A stretch of 38,349 nucleotides of DNA from Leptospira sp. GTDB taxonomy: Bacteria; Spirochaetota; Leptospiria; Leptospirales; Leptospiraceae. Where the stretch lies: contig JAWXAQ010000024.1 of NCBI GenBank assembly GCA_034439575.1, positions 1-38,349 of the forward strand, given 5' to 3'. The notes beneath the pieces were generated by a model that was given only the letters and a program-made list of their open reading frames with translations, was not told the DNA's origin and ran no database searches. Position 1 is the stretch's first letter; each line of letters opens with the position of its first letter. Made by a program: the position numbers and the translations under genes. Below are positions 19,002-27,041 of this stretch, in pieces.

Positions 19002-19532
19002 ATGGCTGTACTGATTCCAAATAAGGTAAACCCAGAACTTCTTCCTATGATCAAACAGGGACTTCTTTCCCCTGAAAAATTAGCACTTCTTGTGGAATTG
19101 TATGACATCGTAGACAGATTCTCTACAACCCTTTTTACAGATGAGGAAACTCAAATTAAATTGAAGGATCAATTCGGTGTGCTTCCTGATATCATCACTT
19201 GGGGTGATTATTTTCAAACTGAAGTAGCATCTCGTTACTTTTTAGAAAACGAAGATTCATTTCGTAAAATTGTCGATACAATTCGCTTTGATTTAATTTC
19301 TGCACATTTAATTTTTTCAGGAAAGCCTGAATATTACAAAAATAGAGTTCGTGGAGAAGCGCTCGTTAGTAAGGGTATAGATGCTTCCTTTTTGAAAGCA
19401 GAAGATGAAGAATCGATACATTTAGAAATACTTCTCGATTATTTCGAAAATCTTGGATTATCTGAGATCCCACTTTCTTTACAAGATAAAATTTGGTATG
19501 AAGGTTTTAACGTAAGTGATGTCGCCATCTAA
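19002..19532 (+). CDS. Hypothetical protein (acidic, soluble)
   Basis: Long ORF; GAGG RBS before ATG19002; overlaps the downstream gene. Confidence 0.8.
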   Translation: MAVLIPNKVNPELLPMIKQGLLSPEKLALLVELYDIVDRFSTTLFTDEETQIKLKDQFGVLPDIITWGDYFQTEVASRYFLENEDSFRKIVDTIRFDLISAHLIFSGKPEYYKNRVRGEALVSKGIDASFLKAEDEESIHLEILLDYFENLGLSEIPLSLQDKIWYEGFNVSDVAI

Positions 19533-20334
19533 CAAAGATATGTACGAATTTTTAGAAATTCAAAGGACTCCTCTCACAAATGGAGAATTGATTTCGATAT
19601 TTTTAAACAATCCAACTTCTCGCAACTCTATGACTTGGAAAATGGGCGTTGAATTTCAAAAAGTTATACTCTCCATCTCAAAACAAAAAATTCTTCCACG
19701 TGCGGTTATTGTATCTGGAAGGAACGATGTTTTTTGTGCTGGTGGTGATCTCAATTTACTTAGATCCTTTTCTGAAAAAACATTTGCACAAAACAAAAGA
19801 GATATGAGAAAATTTTACAGTTTTTTCTTATCAGTACGAAATTTAAAATGCCCAGTCATAGCAGCACTCAATGGTCATGCCATCGGAGCAGGTTTGTCTT
19901 TGGCTTTTGCGTGTGACTTACGCGTGTTCGCTGATGATGGGAAGTATTCCTTTAACTTTGTGAGACTCGGAATTCATCCAGGAATGGGAAGCAGTTTTCT
20001 TGCCCCGGAACTTCTAGGAAAAAGTCTTGGCGGGCGACTTCTTCTAACAGGCGAAACATTTTCGGGGGTCGATGCAAAGAATTGGGGACTTGCTTCATAC
20101 TCGGTGCCAAAATCCGAAGTTTATACCCGTGCTATGGAATTTGCGAAGTATATGGCAGACGGAGCTCCGCTTGCTTTGCAAGAACTAAAGAAAAACCTAT
20201 ACCATTGGAAATCATTGGACAAAGCTTTAAAAAAAGAAGCCGAATCACAAGCTAGGAATTTTATCTCACAAGATTTTAAAGAAACCCTGACAAGTGTTAT
20301 CGAAAAAAGAAATCCTGTATTCCTCGGCAAGTAA
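19516..20334 (+). CDS. Enoyl-CoA hydratase/isomerase (crotonase) family protein
   Basis: FCAGGDL, PVIAALNGHAIGAGLSLAFACDLR, LGIHPGMG, EKRNPVFLGK. Start GTG19516 or ATG19519. Confidence 0.92.
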   Translation: MMSPSNKDMYEFLEIQRTPLTNGELISIFLNNPTSRNSMTWKMGVEFQKVILSISKQKILPRAVIVSGRNDVFCAGGDLNLLRSFSEKTFAQNKRDMRKFYSFFLSVRNLKCPVIAALNGHAIGAGLSLAFACDLRVFADDGKYSFNFVRLGIHPGMGSSFLAPELLGKSLGGRLLLTGETFSGVDAKNWGLASYSVPKSEVYTRAMEFAKYMADGAPLALQELKKNLYHWKSLDKALKKEAESQARNFISQDFKETLTSVIEKRNPVFLGK

Positions 20335-20421
20335 GACTTTCAAAAATTAGAAGATTTCTAAATTTTCCACTCGACAGCAGGTTCAAAGGGCAGAGAAAAT
20401 AAGAATATCATCTCACTTGCC

Positions 20422-21117
20422 ATGGAAGAATTAGAAAAACCTGACTGTTTTGACTGCGATTATCGCAATCACAATGTTTTATTGTGCGCTACGCATGAAA
20501 CGATCGCCCGCATCAATGCGGAAAAAGGTTACCAAATTTATAAGAAAGGGCAGTATCTGTATCGCTCTGGTGAAAAGGCAAATGGCTTTTTCTTTATCAA
20601 AAAGGGTCTCGTTCGTACTTTTAGTCACCTTGCCTCAGGCAAAGAACAAACTTTTTCTTTGAAATCCTCGGGCGATTGGGTAGGATTTCGAGATTGTATT
20701 TCTACGAGTAGCTTCAATCACGATGCCATCGCTGTAGAAGAAACTCAAACTTGTTTTATCACAGGTGAGCTGATTGAAACCTTAGTTCATGATGACGCCA
20801 GTTTCCAAAAAGAAGTCTTTCGCCAAATGGCCAAGGAATGGCGAGAATCGGACGAACAAATCATTTCTCTCGGTACTAAGCAAGTTCATGAAAAATTAGC
20901 TGAAATCATCATCGTATTAGACAATGCGCAAGGTGCTCGCAACCGAGTGGACTTGAAAATCACGCGTGATGTACTCGCATCCTTTATTGGCACTCAAACG
21001 GAAACTCTTGTTCGTGCTCTATCCGACTTAAAGGCTCGCGATTTTATTTCCATAGATAAAAACCGTATCGATATTTTGAATAGAGAGGCTCTTTTTTCAC
21101 TCTCTAAAATCGCATAA
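20422..21117 (+). CDS. Crp/Fnr family transcriptional regulator with an N-terminal Cys cluster
   Basis: CFDC-x9-C; cNMP-binding fold (KKGQYLY..GE...GFFFIKKGLV); HTH ITRDVLASFIGTQTETLVRALSDL. Confidence 0.92.
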   Translation: MEELEKPDCFDCDYRNHNVLLCATHETIARINAEKGYQIYKKGQYLYRSGEKANGFFFIKKGLVRTFSHLASGKEQTFSLKSSGDWVGFRDCISTSSFNHDAIAVEETQTCFITGELIETLVHDDASFQKEVFRQMAKEWRESDEQIISLGTKQVHEKLAEIIIVLDNAQGARNRVDLKITRDVLASFIGTQTETLVRALSDLKARDFISIDKNRIDILNREALFSLSKIA

Positions 21118-21162
21118 TTTTTTTCGATCCTATTAACTCAAACCCTAGAATTTCCGATCTTT

Positions 21163-21219
21163 GAGAGTGATTGATAATCGAGACAAAGTCTGTTGCCTGA
21201 CTTTGTCAATGTCACTCCC
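21163..21219. ncRNA. Candidate structured RNA element (nested stem-loop)
   Basis: Perfect 9-bp GACAAAGTC/GACTTTGTC stem enclosed by GAGTGA/TCACTC; no match to a family I recognise. Confidence 0.35.
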
Positions 21220-21249
21220 GGGGGGAACCAAACGGAACCCCCTTTTTTT
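21220..21249 (+). terminator. Intrinsic terminator-like hairpin
   Basis: GGGGGG-aaccaaacggaa-CCCCC followed by TTTTTTT. Confidence 0.65.
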
Positions 21250-21294
21250 ATTTCCCTTGTTTCTTTGCCTCAAGATTAAATATTGGAGTAAGAT

Positions 21295-22242
21295 ATGAGA
21301 GACAAACAAGGCTCACAATTATTCGGTCATCCCATTACCCATCCGCTAAATATCATTCTAATTGTTAATTGTTTAGTTTTTATTCTCCAACACTTCGCCA
21401 ATGAACAGTTAGTTTATCGTTTTGGTTTAATACCAGATCTCGTTTTTTCCGGTGCCATTTGGCAAGTTTTTACCTATGGATTTTTACATTCCATAGGGTT
21501 TCTTATACCAGTGCATCTTATGTTTAATATGTATGGCATGTATATGCTTGGAACATATATCATTCCCGTAATCGGTAAAAATAAATTTGTAATATTGTAT
21601 TTCGCATCTCAGTTAGGTGGTGGACTTTTAGTTTTATTTTCCGCACTGGCAAATTCTTACCTCGGTGGCAATGTGATTATATTAGATCATTCGGCGATAC
21701 CAACAATTGGCGCATCGGGAGCTGTATTTGGACTTCTCGCTGTCTTTGGTGAATTGTATCCAAATTCAGAATTGTTCTTATTAGTTTTTAGAGTAAAAGC
21801 AAAAAATGCGATTTGGGTTTCTCTTGCAATTGGTTACGGCCTTACACTCATTTCAAATACAGGGATCTCCAACACATGCCACTTAGGTGGTGCTCTTGTT
21901 GGTTTATTATTCTTTCGAATCTATAACAAACATTTAAATAAAGCTAATATCCCTTCGATACCAGGAATGGAATGGCAAGAGTCCGAACGAATCATTCCCC
22001 GAGAGGCTAAAAAAGATACCGTTACGATCGAAGATTTATTTTTAGACCAAAAGAAATTAAACCAAGACCTACTTGAAAAATTAGCAAAGCTTAGAGATCT
22101 ATCAGATATAGAAAAATTCCTCTCTGATAAACAAATTAGCTCCGCAAATATTTGTCCTCCATCTACGTATAATCCCGCAGATCCTATCTGTTTACGCTGT
22201 GAATGGTTACCTAATTGTGCATTAAGAAGAGCGAAAGGTTAA
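21295..22242 (+). CDS. Rhomboid family intramembrane serine protease with a Cys-rich C-terminal extension
   Basis: WQVFTYGFLH, HLMFNM, catalytic GASG and HLGG; GGAG RBS. Confidence 0.92.
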   Translation: MRDKQGSQLFGHPITHPLNIILIVNCLVFILQHFANEQLVYRFGLIPDLVFSGAIWQVFTYGFLHSIGFLIPVHLMFNMYGMYMLGTYIIPVIGKNKFVILYFASQLGGGLLVLFSALANSYLGGNVIILDHSAIPTIGASGAVFGLLAVFGELYPNSELFLLVFRVKAKNAIWVSLAIGYGLTLISNTGISNTCHLGGALVGLLFFRIYNKHLNKANIPSIPGMEWQESERIIPREAKKDTVTIEDLFLDQKKLNQDLLEKLAKLRDLSDIEKFLSDKQISSANICPPSTYNPADPICLRCEWLPNCALRRAKG

Positions 22243-22291
22243 TTTTTTCCGTAATTTCTTGACATTTGTCTGAGATAGTGACAATAAAACT

Positions 22292-22765
22292 ATGGCGGAC
22301 AATAAGCAGAGTGCAATCAACGAAGTTTTGAAACGGGAAAAACTTGCAAAAGATTTTGAACGTGAAAAAAATTCTACTGAAAATAAGACCATTCAAATTG
22401 CGGCTCAAAAGATCGCCGAAGCAAGTAAAGCTTCTCCTGGAACGGCACCTGCTCACTCAGCAAGGTTTATCAGTTCTTTTGATATGGCCCTCTCACAAAC
22501 TCGCCAAGACCTTCGTTATTATTTTTTAAACGATGCTGAATATGGAAACCGTTTGAAAGAACTTTTCCAACAAAATGAAGCTGTTCTTAAAAGATACGGA
22601 ATCAACGGCAGAAAATTTTTAGAATACGTTAGAGAATCATTCGAAAGGTATAAAAAAATTCATAGTTTGCTTCCTTTAGAACCTATGAAGCCAAAATACT
22701 TTAAGTATGTGGAAGATTCTATACTCGAGCTTGTGACTATGTTCAGTCAACAGTTTGGCAAATAG
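22292..22765 (+). CDS. Hypothetical helical protein
   Basis: 157-aa ORF filling the gap, co-oriented with neighbours, TTGACA upstream. Confidence 0.8.
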   Translation: MADNKQSAINEVLKREKLAKDFEREKNSTENKTIQIAAQKIAEASKASPGTAPAHSARFISSFDMALSQTRQDLRYYFLNDAEYGNRLKELFQQNEAVLKRYGINGRKFLEYVRESFERYKKIHSLLPLEPMKPKYFKYVEDSILELVTMFSQQFGK

Positions 22766-22836
22766 ACTTATTTAACCCATACAAAAGCATTCCTTTCGCA
22801 GTTGACAGAGATGTTTTCTACAAAAGCATCTTATTT

Positions 22837-23418
22837 ATGATCGAATCCCGCAAAACCTCGGAAACCGATATTCGACTTGATATGAATATTTACGGATCAG
22901 GGAATTATCTCTTTGATACCGAGATCCCTTTCTTTGAACATATGCTTTCGCATATCTCCAAACATGGTTTGATCGATATGGATCTTCATTTAAGAGGGGA
23001 CATTGGTATCGATTGCCACCACTCAGTGGAAGACACAGCCATACTGATGGGACAAATGGTACATAAGACTTTAGGCGATAAAAAAGGGATTTTTCGTTAT
23101 GGTCATTTTACTTTGCCAATGGATGAAGTTCTCACTACCGTTGCATGCGACTTAGGTGGAAGATTTTTCTTTAAATATACAGGTCCAGAATTAAATGGAA
23201 AATTCGGAATTTATGATGCTGAACTCACATTAGAGTTTTTACAAAAATTTGCTTTGAATGCAAAGATGAATCTTCATGTCGTCGTACATTATGGTGAAAA
23301 TCGTCACCATATTCATGAGTCTATTTTTAAGGGGCTTGGAAAAGCACTTAGACAAGCTATGTCCATAGATGAAAAATCAATTGGACAAATCCCTTCCACC
23401 AAAGGTATGTTAGAGTGA
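22837..23418 (+). CDS. hisB: Imidazoleglycerol-phosphate dehydratase (monofunctional)
   Basis: [45 protein letters not shown]. Confidence 0.96.
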   Translation: MIESRKTSETDIRLDMNIYGSGNYLFDTEIPFFEHMLSHISKHGLIDMDLHLRGDIGIDCHHSVEDTAILMGQMVHKTLGDKKGIFRYGHFTLPMDEVLTTVACDLGGRFFFKYTGPELNGKFGIYDAELTLEFLQKFALNAKMNLHVVVHYGENRHHIHESIFKGLGKALRQAMSIDEKSIGQIPSTKGMLE

Positions 23419-24041
23419 TCGCTGTTTTAGATTTTGGAATGGGAAATATTCATTCCCTTCTAAAAGCTATATCACTATCAACTGATAATTTCAAATTTAC
23501 TAATAATCCTGATGATATAAAAAAAGCTGATAAAATCATATTACCGGGTGATGGTCACTTTGATAAAGCCATGGAAAATCTAAACCAAGGTGGGTTTATA
23601 GAACCTATCAAAGAACATATTAAAAAAGATAGACCCTTACTTGGAATTTGTATCGGATATCAAGTGTTATTTGAAGATTCTGATGAAACTTCAAAAAAGA
23701 ATCATGTAATAGGTGGACTTGGACTCGTTCGTGGAAAAATTAGAAAGTTTGATGGTAAACCCACGATCAAAGTTCCTCATATGGGTTGGAATAAACTTTT
23801 TGAAATTAAATCTAAGTCCACAAAACTATTGAAAGGTATTCAAAATGAATCCTTTATGTATTTTATTCATTCCTATCGACCAACAGGGGTTGATCGTTTA
23901 GATACCACTGCCACTTGTCGCTATTATGGTGAATCTTTTCCCTCTGTCATCGAAAAAGGCCCAATTATGGGAACACAATTTCATCCAGAAAAATCAGACA
24001 AATTGGGATTAACAATCCTTAATAATTTTATCGAAATTTAA
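23415..24041 (+). CDS. hisH: Imidazole glycerol phosphate synthase glutaminase subunit
   Basis: [39 protein letters not shown] overlap with hisB. Confidence 0.96.
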   Translation: MIAVLDFGMGNIHSLLKAISLSTDNFKFTNNPDDIKKADKIILPGDGHFDKAMENLNQGGFIEPIKEHIKKDRPLLGICIGYQVLFEDSDETSKKNHVIGGLGLVRGKIRKFDGKPTIKVPHMGWNKLFEIKSKSTKLLKGIQNESFMYFIHSYRPTGVDRLDTTATCRYYGESFPSVIEKGPIMGTQFHPEKSDKLGLTILNNFIEI

Positions 24042-24044
24042 CCT

Positions 24045-24776
24045 ATGTTAGTTATCCCTGCTATCGATTTACTTGATAATGAAGCTGTTCGTCTCAAACA
24101 AGGTGACTATGATAAAAAAACTGTTTATTCATCGCATCCAGAACAGCTAACAAAAAAATTTGAAGAAGAAGGCACTAAACTATTACATATAGTCGATTTG
24201 AATGCGGCAAGAACTGGTATCTCAAAAAATCAAAAAGCCATTCAAAGTATTCGCTCAGTTTGCAAGATGAAATTGGAATTAGGTGGTGGGATTCGTTCTT
24301 TGGATTCTATGGCCTTTTATAATGATTTGGGCATTGATAGATTCATTTTAGGTACGATTGCTGTTGAGGACCCTAGAGTTGTGGAAGAAGGATTGAATCT
24401 TTATGGGGTTGATCGAATCGTTCTCGGAATTGACGCTAAAGATGGAATCGTGCGAACCAAAGGTTGGGAAACAAATTCAGGCCTTGAAGTTTTTTCTTTT
24501 TTAGAAAGAATGTATAAATTAGGAGTTCGCCATATCATTTTTACTGATATTTCTAAGGACGGAATGATGGAAGGACCCAATTTTAAAATTTATAAAGATA
24601 TAATTGAAAAATTTCCGGATATGAAGGTGATTGCTTCTGGCGGTGTGTCTTCCCTTGAAGATGTTAAACGGCTTGATGAGCTAACAAATGGAAGGTTATT
24701 CGGTGCCATTACTGGCAAAGCTATCTACGAAGGTAAGATAGATTTAAAAGAAGCATTTTTAATGTTTAAAAATTAA
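24045..24776 (+). CDS. hisA: ProFAR isomerase
   Basis: IPAIDL...VRLKQGDY, LHIVDLNAA, GGGIRS, TDISKDGMMEGPN, IASGGV. Confidence 0.96.
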   Translation: MLVIPAIDLLDNEAVRLKQGDYDKKTVYSSHPEQLTKKFEEEGTKLLHIVDLNAARTGISKNQKAIQSIRSVCKMKLELGGGIRSLDSMAFYNDLGIDRFILGTIAVEDPRVVEEGLNLYGVDRIVLGIDAKDGIVRTKGWETNSGLEVFSFLERMYKLGVRHIIFTDISKDGMMEGPNFKIYKDIIEKFPDMKVIASGGVSSLEDVKRLDELTNGRLFGAITGKAIYEGKIDLKEAFLMFKN

Positions 24777-24793
24777 AATATTTAGGAGTGATC

Positions 24794-26020
24794 ATGGATC
24801 AAAAGAAACTTAATATTATCGGTGCGATTGTTGCCTTTGTTGGCATCGTTGTCTCCTTTTTACTTGCTATCGAATACTTTGGTCTTGGCACATCAAATAT
24901 TGCAGAGGGAGCTTGTTCCGCATTAGGTGGTGATGGTTCTTGTACAAAAGTTGCAGAAAGTAAATATAGCTTTATCACTTTCCCTGTGCTCGGCAATGTA
25001 CCAATTGCGGCTTTTGGATTTGGGTTTTATGCTACGATACTTTATCTTTTTGGTCTAAATGTTAAATCAGGAAATGAATTAGAAAATAAAGATAGAATCA
25101 ATGTCATATTTGGTTTATCGATACTTGCATTATTATTGGACTTAGCATTACTTACGATTTCAATTTGGGTCATTGGCACTGTTTGTCAACTATGTGCGAT
25201 CACCTATTTTGTAACGATCGCACTTATCGGAATCAGTTATGTGCTATTGAAAACAAGTGCTATTTCACTAACTGATATTACACGTAGCATTGTCTCTGGC
25301 ATTGGTACACTTTTTGTAGTTTTCTTTTTCAATTTTTCTGTCGCATTTGCCACTTCGAAGATGATCGCTTCTCCGAAATCAAATTCTTTGTCCACAAGCT
25401 CAGATATGGATAATGCAGAGATTACAAACAAAATCAAAATCTATGAAGAAGGACAAAAATTAAATATCGACTTAACTGGTTCTGCTTCCATTGGTAAGGC
25501 AAATGCTCCGATAACCATTGTTAAGTATGCTGATTTTAATTGTGGCCATTGTTTACATACTTCCCATATTCTTCAAAAAGTTTTGGCTGATTATGATGGA
25601 ATGGTAAAAGTGGTATATAAAAACTTCCCATTAGATGGGACTTGTAACCGTTTGGTGAGTGAACCACGACCAGGAGCTAGTTCATGTATCGCGGCAATGG
25701 CCTCTATCTGTGCCGATAAACAAGGGAAATTCGCAGAGATGTATCATGGCCTTTATGAAAATACGGAAAAAGGTATAACTCATTCAGCCTCCACTGTTCT
25801 CAATTTAGGAAATACTCTCGGATTAAATACAAATCAACTTAAGGCTTGTATGAGTTCGAAAGAAGCGCAAACACAATTAAATAAAGAAATAGATGTAGCT
25901 GAAAAATTAAATATCCAGGCCACTCCATCTCTTTACATAAATGACAAACGAATTGATAGCGGAACACCAAATCCAGTATTCTTAAAAGCCTTGCTTGATC
26001 GATTGATCAACAAACTTTAA
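24794..26020 (+). CDS. VKOR-family membrane domain fused to a DsbA-like thioredoxin domain
   Basis: VKOR loop Cys pair (C-x8-C..V..S.YS) and CQLC; DsbA ADFNCGHC, YKNFPL, cis-Pro ATPS; AGGAG RBS before ATG24794. Confidence 0.9.
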   Translation: MDQKKLNIIGAIVAFVGIVVSFLLAIEYFGLGTSNIAEGACSALGGDGSCTKVAESKYSFITFPVLGNVPIAAFGFGFYATILYLFGLNVKSGNELENKDRINVIFGLSILALLLDLALLTISIWVIGTVCQLCAITYFVTIALIGISYVLLKTSAISLTDITRSIVSGIGTLFVVFFFNFSVAFATSKMIASPKSNSLSTSSDMDNAEITNKIKIYEEGQKLNIDLTGSASIGKANAPITIVKYADFNCGHCLHTSHILQKVLADYDGMVKVVYKNFPLDGTCNRLVSEPRPGASSCIAAMASICADKQGKFAEMYHGLYENTEKGITHSASTVLNLGNTLGLNTNQLKACMSSKEAQTQLNKEIDVAEKLNIQATPSLYINDKRIDSGTPNPVFLKALLDRLINKL

Positions 26021-26022
26021 AA

Positions 26023-27012
26023 TTACTTAAACGTTTTTCGAATGGGCCCATTTTCTTTGATAGAAGATGGGCTTTTTATTTTATTTATATCCCAAGCTTC
26101 GAGTACATCGGAATCTCTGGTATGTAGGGCAGGTCGCATAGCAAATATTTGATTCCCTTTTTTATATAAAGACCTTCGACCATAATACCAACCGCTTAGT
26201 TCCTCGTTATGCGCAATTTTTCCAGACTCACCTCTCATTTGATAAGCTAGATTTATCTCTGTTCTTAACTTTGTGAAACCTTCTGGATCCATAGAAATAG
26301 TATGATCTGGTCCATCTAAGTTTTTATCTAAAGTGAAATGTTTTTCAATGATACTTGCACCTAAACCCACCGCTATGGAAGGTGCTAGCGTTCCTGATGT
26401 ATGATCAGAGAATCCAACAACATAAGGAGTTGTTTCTAGATAATAGGGTATTGTTTTTAAATTTGCTTTATTTTCAGGAGTTGGGTACATCGATACGCAA
26501 TGTAGTAGGGCAATGGGATAATTATTTTTTTTAAATAATTCTACTGCACGAGTGACTTCTTCAGCCAATGCGGCGCCCGTGGAAATCATTAAGGGCAATT
26601 TGGTTTCCATGGCTTTTTGTAGTAAGGGAAGATTGACGATATCACCTGAGGCAATTTTTAATATCGGGACTTTAATTGAAGTTAGAAGATCTATAGATGA
26701 TAAGTCAAGTGGTGTAGAGAAAAAATCTAATCCCTCACTCTTTGCGATTTTTTGAAATTCTTCATGAAATGTTTTGGATAATTGGTATTTTTTAAAGATA
26801 TCAAAAAGAAATTTTGTATCATTTTCTGTTTCTGAAATAAATTCTTCTGTCACAAAAGTTTGAAATTTGACCGCATCCGCTCCCGCTTTCTTTGCGGCGA
26901 GTATAGTCTTTGTTCCGATCTCCAAACTGTTGTTATGGTTTAGTCCAATTTCAGCAATTAAATAAGGTTTTGAGTTTCTAGTAATTAAATTCTGACCAAT
27001 TTGTAAATCCAA
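26023..27012 (-). CDS. N-acetylneuraminate synthase (NeuB/PseI/SpsE) family protein
   Basis: IAEIGLNHN, GADAVKFQT, KIASGD, ISTG, LLHCVSMYP, GFSDHT, IEKHFTLD..LDGPDH, RRSLY; TTG start. Confidence 0.92.
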   Translation of the reverse strand: MDLQIGQNLITRNSKPYLIAEIGLNHNNSLEIGTKTILAAKKAGADAVKFQTFVTEEFISETENDTKFLFDIFKKYQLSKTFHEEFQKIAKSEGLDFFSTPLDLSSIDLLTSIKVPILKIASGDIVNLPLLQKAMETKLPLMISTGAALAEEVTRAVELFKKNNYPIALLHCVSMYPTPENKANLKTIPYYLETTPYVVGFSDHTSGTLAPSIAVGLGASIIEKHFTLDKNLDGPDHTISMDPEGFTKLRTEINLAYQMRGESGKIAHNEELSGWYYGRRSLYKKGNQIFAMRPALHTRDSDVLEAWDINKIKSPSSIKENGPIRKTFK

Positions 27013-27041
27013 AGTGAACCTCTACTAAAAGTATCGGCAGA

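Noticed and set aside
20343..20366. AT-rich imperfect inverted repeat after the crotonase gene
   Set aside because: Too weak and AT-rich to call a terminator or operator
22259..22272. FNR-box-like TTGAC-ATTT-GTCTG
   Set aside because: Imperfect and fully explained by a -35 hexamer; no canonical TTGAT-N4-ATCAA seen in the intergenic regions near the regulator
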